Shown here: positions 24,828 to 39,297 of the stretch, piece after piece
Position numbering within the stretch: position 1 is the first letter of the stretch
How the letters are laid out: each line of letters opens with the position of its first letter
From: Octopus bimaculoides
Lineage: Eukaryota
Assembly (NCBI RefSeq): GCF_001194135.2
Contig: NC_068981.1
Coordinates: forward strand, 121,893,564 to 121,950,622
Direction: 5' to 3'
DNA: 57,059 nucleotides
The notes under the pieces: generated by a model
What the model was told of the DNA's origin: nothing
What the model saw: only the letters and a program-made list of their open reading frames with translations
Databases searched by the model: none
Program-made: the position numbers and the translations under genes

Positions 24828-24858
<31 letters not shown>

Positions 24859-25561
24859 GGTCACATGCTTCCGGTCAATAATCCTTTCCTTCCTTGGCTT
24901 TCGCCAAGTAACACACGCTACCACTTTGTCTCTCTCGGTTCCGTGCCTCATCGCGTTCATACACACATAATTTTTCTCGTCTGGCCGTAAAGCCTTCTGT
25001 TTGTTTTCCTGTCTTGTTTTTCGTCCGCCACTACATTCCTCCATGGCTAGATTTAATTTGCGTATACAGATTTAATCTGCGATCCATGGGACGAGCCGTT
25101 TTAACGTTGCGTCCTGCCCGAAGCTCGTCGAAACGCCGGTGTTAAAACGTGGGTAGCTGATGAAGTAGAATGTTCTCTATGTGGCTCGTGTGTTCTCGTC
25201 TACGTTTGTTTGCAATGTCCTGTACCCAGATATGCACCTATACATACAGGTGGATGTCGGTATGCACATACCTGTACGTATATATGCATATACTCATTTA
25301 CTTTTGTTTATATATAAATTTATGTATATATTAATGTTATCTCGGTTGAAACACTTTGTTAATGTAAATATGTTAATAGTTACCATGGGAAGCAAAAATC
25401 ACACAAAAACTGGGATATCACACCCGTTTAATAGGTAGAAATACCAAGTTAAAGTGATGTATTTTGAGTAGATATGAATAATAATAATAAATGGAGCAAA
25501 GCGCATATAAACAATAAGTTCCTTATTGTTTATATGCCTTTTACTCCATTTATCATTATTC

Positions 25562-25630
<69 letters not shown>

Positions 25631-27622
25631 NNNNNNNNNNNNNNNNNNNNNNNNNNNNNNNNNNNNNNNNNNNNNNNNNNNNNNNNNNNNNNNNNNNNNN
25701 NNNNNNNNNNNNNNNNNNNNNNNNNNNNNNNNNNNNNNNNNNNNNNNNNNNNNNNNNNNNNNNNNNNNNNNNNNNNNNNNNNNNNNNNNNNNNNNNNNNN
25801 NNNNNNNNNNNNNNNNNNNNNNNNNNNNNNNNNNNNNNNNNNNNNNNNNNNNNNNNNNNNNNNNNNNNNNNNNNNNNNNNNNNNNNNNNNNNNNNNNNNN
25901 NNNNNNNNNNNNNNNNNNNNNNNNNNNNNNNNNNNNNNNNNNNNNNNNNNNNNNNNNNNNNNNNNNNNNNNNNNNNNNNNNNNNNNNNNNNNNNNNNNNN
26001 NNNNNNNNNNNNNNNNNNNNNNNNNNNNNNNNNNNNNNNNNNNNNNNNNNNNNNNNNNNNNNNNNNNNNNNNNNNNNNNNNNNNNNNNNNNNNNNNNNNN
26101 NNNNNNNNNNNNNNNNNNNNNNNNNNNNNNNNNNNNNNNNNNNNNNNNNNNNNNNNNNNNNNNNNNNNNNNNNNATATATATATATATATATATATATAT
26201 AAATTCCTTACTTATAAATTTAAACTTATCGACATCACAGATGTTTTAGAATGATATATGACAAAAACTGAAAACTTATGCTAAGGAAAATAGAACAAAA
26301 CATAAACATAAATTGAAAAATACTATCTTATGTCTTTTCTCCCAAACCTAGAATCAGTGAAGAATGTGGTAACGGTGATAAGCATATTGTAAAAGTATTT
26401 ATGAGCCTAACAGCTCATTTGGTCAGTAAATGGCTGGGGCAAAATATAACGGTCAATTTGTGATTCACAATGGAAACGCTGAACGTGTTCATGTCCATTG
26501 TCGACATTGAAGGGACTTGAAACTAACTGAACCCATGTTCAAAGAAAACTGCTCAACGTGAGCGTCTTATTGTACCACATTAGTCTGTGCTGGACAGGTC
26601 GCTATACAACATAACCCCAATTGATTCCCTCACAATTATGGTGAGACATCTTAAAGATGTCACTTGTTTTCAGAAAGCAATATATATCGCGAAAGCTTGA
26701 GGCTAAAGACGAGCCATTATTCCCGCTCTCGTTCTTTTTTCTTCAGTAACCACCAAATTCGTTTCGCTGCTATTCCAGTGACATAATGCAAAGTGAAGAT
26801 AAAATAACGAAGAGAAATACCATCAATTTTATTTATAAATGCCACTAAAAATATCAAGCAAAAGTCATTCATTTTGATGTTAATTTAATTTGACATAGGA
26901 GATAATGAATATGAATGATTCAATATATTCATAGCTTTCAATTATTTTAACGGTAGTGAATGAACGTACAACCACTATCTAATCTTCTGGAAGGCATTCA
27001 AATAAAAAAAAAAGATGCATTGCCAACTTTAAAATTTTTATTATGCATCTAAGGTACTCAGTTATAAATCTCTAAGATTTATTCTGAGAAATAAATAGGT
27101 TATTGTTAACGTAATTTCCTAAAATGTGTTGAAAAGCATTTTGAAAATTTGTTGGAGAGAAAAATCATATTCCTTAGATAACTTACTTATGTATTCTGAA
27201 GGAAAAGATTCCATTTGAAATGTTCATCTTAATTTTGTAAACCCATTCTTAATGATGTTACCTTTCTGCAAAAATTCTTCACAAAAACGTGTTAATACTG
27301 CATATTTTGTTCCGATTATTTCTAATTGATATAGAAGCATATTAGGTTTGGTTAAAATGGGTTACCTTTGTCAGCTTAGAAAAGGAAAATCAACATTAAA
27401 AAAGTTTTAAAAAACTATTTTACAGAAACAATTGTCTCCAAACTATTTATCGGATTGAAATACTACACAATGTTAACTTAACGTTTCATGTATACAATGT
27501 ATGTCGTTAACTGTGTCGTTGCTGCACGAGAAATTAGGTAAAGATACGCACGTGCGCACACACACGCAAATATAAACACGAACTTCCAACATATATATAT
27601 ATATTCGTGAGCATAATTTTTG

Positions 27623-27773
<151 letters not shown>

Positions 27774-27849
27774 AGTACAAAAGAATGGAGCATTATATAT
27801 TATTTATTCAGCTTGCAAACGTTCCAAATAAATTTCCTTATTTCTGAAG

Positions 27850-27945
27850 GCTAGTACTTATTGTACCGGTCTCTTTTGCCGAACTGGTAAGTTACGGGTG
27901 TGTAAATACACCAACCCCAGTTGTCCAACGGTGATGGATGGACAA
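27850..27945 (-). mobile_element. Family 1 SINE fragment running into a gap
   Basis: ctagtacttattgtaccggtctcttttgccgaactggtaagttacggg matches 42930-43020. Confidence 0.7.
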
Positions 27946-30769
27946 NNNNNNNNNNNNNNNNNNNNNNNNNNNNNNNNNNNNNNNNNNNNNNNNNNNNNNN
28001 NNNNNNNNNNNNNNNNNNNNNNNNNNNNNNNNNNNNNNNNNNNNNNNNNNNNNNNNNNNNNNNNNNNNNNNNNNNNNNNNNNNNNNNNNNNNNNNNNNNN
28101 NNNNNNNNNNNNNNNNNNNNNNNNNNNNNNNNNNNNNNNNNNNNNNNNNNNNNNNNNNNNNNNNNNNNNNNNNNNNNNNNNNNNNNNNNNNNNNNNNNNN
28201 NNNNNNNNNNNNNNNNNNNNNNNNNNNNNNNNNNNNNNNNNNNNNNNNNNNNNNNNNNNNNNNNNNNNNNNNNNNNNNNNNNNNNNNNNNNNNNNNNNNN
28301 NNNNNNNNNNNNNNNNNNNNNNNNNNNNNNNNNNNNNNNNNNNNNNNNNNCATGCGTATGTATATATAACATAAATCAAAGTGGATGACAGATTTTTTAA
28401 AGTCAAGTTCCTTTACCATGGGAATACAAAATACATAAAAAATTTCATCGCGATATTAGGTTTCAAGCGTTCCAAAATTACAATCCAAAGAAATACCAAA
28501 CCGTACGATCAGTTTTTGAAACGTACTTTTCCTCCCTCTTTTGTGGAAAAAAAATTTGGATATACTCATAATATTCATAAAAGTTTTATCCTTTTGTTAA
28601 AATTTCATTCTTAATAATCTTCTTGATTACCCTGAATTTTAACATTGTACAGTAAAACAATATTGTTTGAAATGATCTTTAGAAATTACTTGATTTATGT
28701 CTTTCTTAAATGGCTCTACCCATCTGATCTTATTTTTTTTCTGAAGGCCTTTATAGAAATAACCCTTCTAAAGAAGTACCACCAAGAAACTATAAATATC
28801 AGGTAAGGAGTGGCAAGAATTACTTCTTAAACCTATAATATAATCCCTCAGTTTATATATAGAAAGATTAGTGTAAAATTTGAATGTTCCATAACTTAAA
28901 TATTCCTGTAACTGATACCAGACATCAGTCTTTTATTGATATTAACTAATTAAGTAAATATATAATTTTCAGTCCAATATATTATGAATTATTATCCTTT
29001 TTTTTTTATAAATCTTCTCTATTGGTGTTAATAAACTAAATATATTTTACCATAGCATTAGTAATTAAACTATTTAATTTATATGGTATTCTGCCCTAAG
29101 TAATTATTTTATTTCGTTTCTTTACTAATTTATAATTAGCCTTTATTTCTTCACAAAAATTAAGCTAATCTTTGTATCTCTATAAATTCATACTTAGCTT
29201 ATATAAAACTATAATGGTATATTCACTACATATAAAACATACTTTGAATATAATTTCATTAGTATATAATTAGAATGTTCTTTTACCTCAATATCCCATT
29301 ATTAATACCAGTATATACCTATTGATCAATATTCACAGATACCATCTGATGAGTTAGTATTTAAGTGCACAATATGTACAAATATTAAATTCTTTCTGAA
29401 TAATTTCTTTTCCTCCTTCTATTGTGGTAAAAGATTGCTATATACTCAAAAGTATCGATAAATTTCTATCCTTTTGTTAATATATTCTTCTTAATAACCC
29501 TCTGAATAGCCATAAACTTTATCTGTAGACAATATAGCAACATTGTTTTAAAACATTTAACTATAGTACTACATGATAAGACTTCCCCTATTTCATTATC
29601 AATGATCTGCTAATGGGTGACCTGTTTAGTTGTCAGCCAACATCTGTTTTAAGTTTTCCTTTACCAAACCACATGATTTTTATGACTATACTAACTATGA
29701 TTTCTGTCTGCTCTCTCAGTTCTATCCCTAGCAGATAATTCCCTTTATTCTCTCATCCTTAGATATACAATGTTTGATAAACTAGTCTATAAATTAAAAC
29801 TGATCCATAAAAAAAAACAAAGAAAATCAGTGACAGGCAGAGTCTTCTTGACAATTTATTTATTAACTTCTATTTTGTAGTAGAGGCAACATTTTCTTTG
29901 TCTATCTCCTTAACTTCTTGAAGATCTTAGGTATTATTATACTAATGCGTCCATCTGTTCTAATTTAATTAAATTCTATGTCTTTGTGCAGCTGAGTATA
30001 CACACACACACACACATATATATTCAGTCACTATGAGGATATATAAACCTCTTATAGGAATAGTTTCATCCAAGTTGCACTGGTTTAATGTATTATATAG
30101 TTGAGAATTACGTCTTCAATATAAAATTAGGCATGTTATAAATATCAAATATTATTTGAAAATGTAGATATTTAATGAATATAAATTAATTTATTAACAT
30201 TAATGTTAATTTATTAACAGTAAATTATAGTAAATTAGTTTAGTAATGCATTACACCTATTTGCAATGAATTCTTAATTGATTAATGGATACATTATATC
30301 ATTTTGAAAAACCAATTTCTCCAGAGGTTTGCACGAACCAAAAGATTAGGAACGTTTAAAATCATTTCAAAAAATTTACAGTTTCAAAAATCCACGGCCA
30401 GTGCAGAGTTAGTGATTCAACGGCCTTAGTTTTTCGCAGAATGAGTTTGTCAAATTACATATTGGTCTTATAGCTGATGAGAGCACAAAGTCAAATATGC
30501 GTAGGGTATAGGTACGATTTATAACTTTGAAGGGAAAAAGGCACCGGATCGGGTAAAAATTAAAATGCCCTACTATTTAAGTGGTTGTTTCACCAGAATC
30601 GTAATTTATTACACACGCACGCACACACGTATATATGTATATATATATATATACAGATGTGAAAATGTATGTATATATACAGCGTTGAGAGAACCACTGT
30701 ATTTATGATTCTTGAAAGGACAGGGAAAACCAAAGATATCATCAGCAGTTAAATGTTTTAAGAACATCA

Positions 30770-31600
30770 AACAACATATGTCCTTCTTAATAGAAAACAA
30801 TCTCATGGCTTGACAGCTCAAAGTGGAATTCTGCAATGTGATACCTTAGCACTTTATCTATTTTTGGCGTTTATAGATCATGTGATGAAAGCTGCAACCC
30901 ATACGGAGGATGGAATTCGCATATCAGAATCACATAATTTGGCCTATCTTGCATTTTCATATGATATTGTTCTCTTTGCTTCTAGCCCCATAAAAGCACA
31001 AGACTACTTGGAAGAAGCAAAGACTGTGGGCTAGAAATAAACAAATCGAAGACGGAGTACTTCACCATGAATATAAGCACAGATGAAACAACAGGCATCC
31101 TGGCAAATGGAAAACAGCGATCCAGGATTGATAAAATCACCTTCGATCGACTTTAACTGATCTCTCTCACAAGTCAAACAATCACATCATACACAGAAGG
31201 AGAGTGGCATGTAGAGCAATGTTGCAGCTTCAACACCTCCAGTCGTCTGACATCAACCCAACATCGGAGAAAAGCTTGTACAAAACTCTATGTCTTCCAA
31301 TTTTTACAAGTGGATGCGAGACATGGATAAGAAATACGAATCGGCAAAGGTCCATGATGAACACTTTTTAAGCAAACCACGTTTTCAAAAATACATTGTA
31401 CCAAATGGTTCACAAAAAGCAAATGACTTAAAAGATAAAGGAACATTAACACTTAGAGGGTGCACAGTGATAGATGTAACGAGAAAGAATGACGTACAAC
31501 TGTTTGATTCGTGCAAACGGTGGGATGTTGCTCAATGAAATACTTCTAGCGGCTGAAGATGGAAACGAGAGGAAAGGCTTAATAAACTATGTCCGTCAAT
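30770..31600 (+). mobile_element. RTE-type non-LTR retrotransposon, decayed RT remnant
   Basis: SGILQCDTLALYLF (QGD motif), LAFSYDIVLF (FADD motif), VG*EINKSKTEY, YKTLCLPIFTSGCETW. Confidence 0.8.
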
Positions 31601-34050
31601 GACTAACTATACCCTTTTTTCCTTATTATGCATATTTTTTAGATGAATTTTGAATAATAAATACTGGTAATTGTAATGAAAAAGCTATAAAATAATAAGG
31701 TGGGTAGATGCAATCTAAAACCTAAAAGGAAATACTTCACCGTCGCTAAAAGCTGACCAACGGTGCAGAGAGCACCGGCATGGCTAGAAATAAGAGTAAG
31801 ATGCTCTTTAGCCACAGAAGCCTCATGCTCTGTTTAACTAACAGGGTAAATTATGTAAATACTGACAGACGAAGATTCAGAGTCACCACCTGCGATGGAG
31901 CAAGCATTAATGATGAGCATTAATTTCTATGCGAAATTAGCGAGCTAATTTAATGCACCTCGCTTGCGGTGGGGAGGTTGCCTCCCTTGTCAATTAAATG
32001 GAATGACCCTGCTTCCTATATATATATATATATATATNNNNNNNNNNNNNNNNNNNNNNNNNNNNNNNNNNNNNNNNNNNNNNNNNNNNNNNNNNNNNNN
32101 NNNNNNNNNNNNNNNNNNNNNNNNNNNNNNNNNNNNNNNNNNNNNNNNNNNNNNNNNNNNNNNNNNNNNNNNNNNNNNNNNNNNNNNNNNNNNNNNNNNN
32201 NNNNNNNNNNNNNNNNNNNNNNNNNNNNNNNNNNNNNNNNNNNNNNNNNNNNNNNNNNNNNNNNNNNNNNNNNNNNNNNNNNNNNNNNNNNNNNNNNNNN
32301 NNNATATATATATATGTACAAACACACACATATATAAATATACCTTTATGCATATCTGTCAATCTTTCTGTCTATTTGTCTATATGTTTATAATACTATA
32401 ATATATATATACAATGTAAAGATATAAAGCTGAAGAAGAACAAGGTAGAAATAACACAGAGCATAGCTTGACAGATGCGGTATTGGTATAACGTTCAGTG
32501 ACAAATTAATCGGCTTCACATTTCGGATGTTGGTCATCATCAGTCGCAGAGAAAGAAATGAGAGGTAATAAAATATCGATTGGTTGAAAGAAGAAAAAAA
32601 ACGCAGAAGGTGATGTAATAGAAATCAGAACAAATTTCTAAGCTGTTAGGGTGTTAAGATGGGAGAGGGTAGTGTGTGTGGAGATGTATGTATTAAATTT
32701 CATTTCTGTGTGTGTGTATTTAGCAGAGTGTTGTTACTCTTATATGATAGTATCTTTTATATCTATCTAAAGATTTGTGGCTGTGTGCAAGTATAGTAGA
32801 ATTAGTTAGCGAGTGTAGTGATGTTGATTTTTGTGTACTTCTTAGTGTGTGATTGTGTGAAAGCGTGTAGAGCACGAAATGAGATCGCGCGTAAATATGT
32901 TGTGGAATTACACTTGATGCCAAGACGTAGATGAAAGGTGTTATTTATGTGAATGAAAACGCAGACACAAAAATATGTAGGATTGAAGAGCATTTTGTCA
33001 TGAGTGCATTTTCAAGTCAAAGAGGGTAAGTTTAGTCTAAAATTTGAAAAGGCGACATAAAAAAGTAAAATATGAAGGAATTTCCTAACTAGAAAATTCA
33101 AAGAAATTGATAGAAGAAACATCTCAACATTGGACAACGGGCCAGAAAAGTTGGTAAAATATCTAGGATATGGTGGAATGTATCTATAAATATGTCATAC
33201 TCCTAGAAGTAAAAGAATTAATTTAAATGAAGTTGAATACCCGAATGTGTTTACACGTGTTGCAGAGTAAAAAGACGATGGCGGATGGAACTGACAGAGA
33301 ATAACGAATCTATTTTTTTTTATTTAGTGGAGCGGAGCATGAGAAGTAGTGTATGTGTGTTGGTTCTATCTAATGAAGGAATAACGGTCAAGCAGAATTA
33401 AAAAGGGGGTGAAGGGAGTGTGAGATTCGGGGATTCAGAAGTACCAACCGAAAGAAATGCTGCCGAAATGTAGAAGCATATATATGCAAGTATATCACTG
33501 AAGGAACAACATGCACCAATGACTGTAACTGTATAGAATAAGTGATCGTGGCTATGAGTATGCTCACCAGACATTATTTGTGTGACAATGTCGATGAGAC
33601 AAACTATTGTGCGGGTAGAAGTGTACGTGTGTGAAGGGAGCGTGTGTGAGGGCATCTATGTTTACGCGTGCCAGTTTGTGTGTGTTAGTGTGTGTGTGTG
33701 AGTGAGTGTGCGTTCGTGTGTTCGCACGCGAGCGTCTGCAGATGTGGGTTTGTGTGCACGTGTGTTAAAGACACAACATACTAGATGAATAAAAGTGTGT
33801 GCAAGAAGGGTAAACCGAAAGGATGGGGTTATACCGTAAATGTGTGTATGTGGAAGATTTCGTTTTTAATGACTCCGGAGAGTGAGTGGGTTTGAAAATA
33901 TAGTAGAGTGGAGGGGTGAGGATGTGGCTCAGAGGTGTGGGGTGATGTTTGGGGGTCCAGGTGAAGTTTCCAGTGAAAATGAGAGGAATCATCTTATGTA
34001 AAATTCTATTCTTCGCTGGCAATCTATTTCTCTCACAACCTAGAATTTAT

Positions 34051-34293
34051 TCTTTTCTGCTCTAGGCACAAGGCCTGAAATTTTGAGGGAGGGACCAGTC
34101 GATTAGATCGACCCCAGTACGCAACTGGTACTTAATTTATCGACAACGAAAGGATGAAATGCGAAGTCGACCTCGGCGGAATNNNNNNNNNNGACAACGA
34201 AAGGATGAAATGCGAAGTCGACCTCGGCGGAATTTGAACTCAAAACGTAAAGACAGACGAAATACCGCTAAGCATTTCGCCCGGCGTGTCAAC
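34051..34293 (-). mobile_element. Family 2 SINE, well preserved, with gap-associated duplication
   Basis: ggcacaaggcctgaaatttt..gatcgaccccagtacgcaactggtacttaatttatcgac..gtcgacctcggcggaatttgaactc..ccgctaagcatttcgcccggcgtg. Confidence 0.85.
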
Positions 34294-36516
34294 CTAGAAA
34301 CTATAATGCATTGTCTTCCTTGATGTTTAACAATTGCTGCCGGTTGTTTTTCGCTTCATTTTTCACAACTAACAACTAATGCTATATGAAACATCACATT
34401 TCTTAAATTTCCCGATTTGTCGCATCCTACTTTCATATTCTGATATAGCAGAACGGTTGATGAAAGAAGGAAAAATGAATCATATTATAACAAATGCAGG
34501 AAAAGAAAGACGTGAAAGTAATAACAACAGCGACAGCAGCTTATATAATAATAGTTTTAATATTGACATTTAACTCCTTACTATTTACATGCACCACAAT
34601 ACATGATTGTTCCAAAGTAACCGTTTATGCATCGTTGTTTCCACCAGCTATTTGTGTCCAAACAAATTAGCATCTTTGTAGTAAATACTTTACCCATATT
34701 TTTATACGTCTTCAATATAAAATATCAAATACGTTTTATTCTGTTTTTTTTAAACAAGTGAATTTCACCCGTTTCCTTCATTTTCCTTTACATATTTCTT
34801 ATTATATTTTTCAATCTAATTTTCTCTTTGGACGTTTCAGCAGCAGCAATGTAGAGGGAATACTAAAATATTACTCATTGTTTTCAGAATACAACATAAC
34901 TAACAAATAAAATTCTATTCGCCTTGATTTAATGTCATCTTCCACTTTTATTTTTGGTTTCAATTGCATTAATGCTGTTTCATAGACTTGTAACTTTTCC
35001 TTTCTCTTCACACGGCTGTGAGTCATTTTTCACATCCTATTAATATTTGAGGCATCACTGAAATTAAATATCTAGGGGCAGTTCATGGCAGAAAGTATAT
35101 AGTATTTTCCTAAAATACTCTATGATACTAATTTACCTGAACCTTTGCGTTAAAAGCGCCGATTCCGTTGAATCAATTTTATACTTCTGTGATACAATAT
35201 AACGAAATTGGTTCAATGCTAATATAACGAAATTGGTTCAATGGACTCTAACTATATAACGCACATGCTTGTGTCATTGCTTTAAAATTTACGGAAAGAA
35301 ATCAGTATTCAATAAGAAAACAGAAAAATTGACAATTACTATAGACAGAGCAAATGATGAATTCGGGATGACAAGTATTTTCAAACCTATTTCTCTGAGA
35401 TTCAGATTTTCTCTTTTTCCAGACAGCAATTCATGAAAGTGAGGTGTAATCATAGAAGAAAAGCGTATATCGTGGCGCATAGTAAATTACAACAGGATAA
35501 TATTTCGTTTTTAACGAAAATCACGTTATAACATCAATAATGCTCCTATGATTCCCAGAGGTATTGGTTATATTATACACGTGACTCTTTTCGTTCGACA
35601 AAAAATGGATGGTTTATACGTGGCTAAAAATATTAAAGAAATAGTTTTAAAGAAAATAAAGGAAATAGTTGTTTTCCCTATTACTCTAATTTGAACTCTG
35701 TCATTTCAGATTTTGCGTTTCATTCATTGAGTATGGATGTGATTTTTAATGGTGATAAACCTACTGACTCTCTTTCTTTCTTTTGATATGAATCGTATTT
35801 GTGATAGATAGGATTGATACGATTCATTGACAAGTGGACTTGTCAAAGATATTAATAATTAAAAAGTATATAACAAACATATTTCTGCTGATCCGGAGAT
35901 TTGAGTTTTGATTGATTCTGGACTGCCAAGCCGATTAATCGTTGAAACAGTATCTAATAGTGGAATCTTTTTTAATCCCCATTTTTCTAACATTTTATTA
36001 GCATTGCCTTAAGTCGCCTATTTTAAACATTAGTACCACCACGCAATGGTAGAGAGAAAGTCACAAGTGCAGAGGAAACATACAAAGTATATTGGGAATG
36101 TAAGACGTAGATCATAGAAATAGGGAAAGATATATAAGAAGATAACTAGGGAAACACATAAGGCTGTAAACTTGTGATGAACTTAGATTCCTCCCAGTCT
36201 GTGTGGGGTACAATTAAAAAGAATATCTCAGCACTAGTGCATACCATTCAAGTGTAAACGTCCTGAATTTAATCTGTCTTAGTTAGATGTTACTATTTTC
36301 TAGTATTGGGTTACGTGCATGTAGAGTCCATTACTGAATCGCAATAATTTGTTGAATAAACTTCATCTATATAATTAGTGACTCAGGAAATCAACTCAAA
36401 GTATCACTATTCAATTTACCTAAATTTATATGCAAGACACATGCATAAATACTATATTCAATTCACACAAACATGCTTACACATACAAGCACATACGCGC
36501 GCTCACACACACGTCT

Positions 36517-36547
<31 letters not shown>

Positions 36548-39297
36548 TATATATCATAATTTATTTAATTTCAAAAGCGACAGAATTCTTACATTTAAAT
36601 TAACTGCTAAAAGTTAAACGATTACGCTATCACCAAGAGTGTTCCTTTAACTTTAGTCAACAGTAACTCATATCCTGTCCTGTAAAATAAAGTGTTCAGG
36701 CCTTCACCTCATATTATTTTATCAAAGCTCTCATATCATCTCCAAATGCATGCAAAGATGCATTTTTTTTACCTATGTATCTGAGCACATGTTTCAAAAA
36801 TAAAAATGATAAACGCTATAACATTTACAAATGTTATGATATTTGCCACAGCTTATATGTAGCTCTAGTAGAACATAACACTGTAATGTTCCTGGGGGAA
36901 TTAAGAGTTATTGCTTACTTAATATAGAAAATTCAATAAATGCTCCGATGCACACAACCAATTCTGATCAAACAAGAATGTGATAGATTCTTTCAAATAT
37001 ATTGAGGAAAATAGGAATATGTAGATATGTTATCTGAGTTAATCAAGAGATTCGTATATATCACCAATTATAATGATAAATACAGCAAAAACTGAACGTC
37101 ACGAAAGCCGTGATAGGAATGAGATATCTTTAGAAGTTTAGAATAGCAGGGTTATTGGAATACGTAATAATGAGATTTTATTCTTTAATTTATAATGATG
37201 ATTTCACTCTTTAATTTGAATAACATTATACGTTATTTTTCTTGTTTTAATAACACTAATCAGATAATGCATAACATGAATTGATATAGTTTTAAGTAAA
37301 CATTATACTGGTACATATTTTTTAATCTCGTTAAAAATTCGTTAATCCACTAACAGGAGATTTGTATCTTCACACCATCCCCCAAAATTTGGCCTTTTTC
37401 CCGTATTCTTTAGCACTTGTGCAGCCTTTTACGGAGATTTAATACTGCTTTATTTAGAAATATTTCTTCTGACACGTTTCTTTATTTTAGTTACGTTTTA
37501 TAGAAAGTTTATAAAAGCATTAGGATAATGAGGATAGATGTATGAGATGAAATATTTCTAAATAAAAGTCAAGTATGTAAAATAAATCCAGAAAGTTCAA
37601 ATAAGCAGACATTATATCACATGGTAAATAATAGCCATGAGAATAAATAAGTTGGTAAATATTCCGAATAGTAACACATTCCTCATCATGTTACCATCAG
37701 TACTTAACATTTTTACTGTCGAATAGCGGAAGCGTAATGACAAAAGTTCATCCACTATGTAAGCATTAACAGAAAAAGCTAGCGCCAGACATATCATTGC
37801 CTTAAAATGTCGTTCTGAAATACTGCATTCTCTTACATTGTTATATATTTATATATTAACATTTGTACATATTTACACATCAACGCACTTGCTAATTAAA
37901 TGTCAAGTATACTTACGAAGTCAAATCGAACTACAGTATAATATAATTTTTTTGCAAGGTGATTTATAATGAAATGTTATTTCACACAGTTTTCTAATGA
38001 AAATATGTTAAACGAAAAATTAATTTAAGTCAAGCACTTAAATATTATAAATGAATAATATGTCCTTCGATTACCGAAAGAGGGAGAATGTCACACAAAC
38101 TTTCTACATTTTATAACAATCTGTGATATTTTGGTTAAAAGCGTTTATTTTGAATTACAGTGTAACGGGGTGCGATAACAATAATATGCAAAAAGCAAAG
38201 TAAATATAAGGAAAAAAGGAATCTGTATAATTGGTGAAATTTGATTTGACTTAAAAGCACAATACATCTGTCGCGTAAAAGATAATTTGAAAAAATATTA
38301 TCAACTTTAAAGAAAAAATAAGCAGCTATTAAACAGGTTACAGACCCCCACCGCCAGTTAACTACAATTGGAGAGCTATTACTATCAAATGGAAAAATCT
38401 CTGCCAGCTTTATGTTATTCAGCCTTAACTTGAGAAAACTTTTTAATCGAAAGCATTTCAGCTAGGAATGCCTTGTCATTTAGGAGTATCTAAACTACAT
38501 TTGTTTTTCTCAAGGCGGAGAGTGCGATTTCCTAGAGACATATCTGCATCTTCCGATGAGATTAGTGACTACTTGGAGACTATTTTGATGGCACTATCTT
38601 CTTCTAAATAGTTACCGCTCATGGGTAACTGGACTCTGTAATGAAACATCGAACAATGTGTTTAAAATATCATTGGTGTATGAATAAAATTTCTCCCAAA
38701 GAACATCAACAATCAGTTCATTTTTGAAATCATTCCTCATTAATATGACGCTGCGTAAGGTCTAGAAAACGATTAAGACGATGAAAATTGTGTGAATCAT
38801 TCTTGGAGGATATAGAGTACAGTGTAAATATATCCCGACTTTCGCATTTATCCGGAAGAAACGAATCAGATTTAAATGGTAGTTTTAGCTTTGTCATGTG
38901 AATATTGATACCATTTTTTTATATCTCCATATAGATTTTGCAGTGATGAAATTAAGCCTGGATTTGCGTGCGAAATTCGCAGTCGAAACTAGAATGCAAA
39001 TTCACACACACACACACGTGCAGACATACGCACACATGCACACGCGCGCGCACATACATACCAACAAATACGCACACACTCCCTCAGAGACACGGACACA
39101 AATATTTCCATTGACTGGAAATTTACATGAATCATGCTTTAGTTATAGAAATAATGGTATTAAGGTGAAGAGCTCAACCTAGGTGTCGAAATTGATCATT
39201 CCTATCAGCAGACACTACATTATACATACAAGCATACATACATACATACATACATAATACATATATATATACATATATATATATATATATGCATATA

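Noticed and set aside
24266-24858. Identical cgagacaaaacatacaacgataac(at)n on both sides of a gap
   Set aside because: Typical overlapping-contig artefact, not a real direct repeat or TSD.
30470-30510. ctgatgagagcacaaagtcaaatatgcgta as a hammerhead
   Set aside because: GAAA core and stem II pairing are missing.
34142-34232. 41-bp duplication around a 10-N gap inside a SINE
   Set aside because: Assembly overlap artefact.
35196-35243. 25-bp tandem duplication
   Set aside because: Simple slippage/repair duplication with no further structure.
38420-38640. Interrupted minus-strand frame (MSGNYLEEDSAIK..SSEDADMSLGNR)
   Set aside because: Contains a stop, no recognisable homology.
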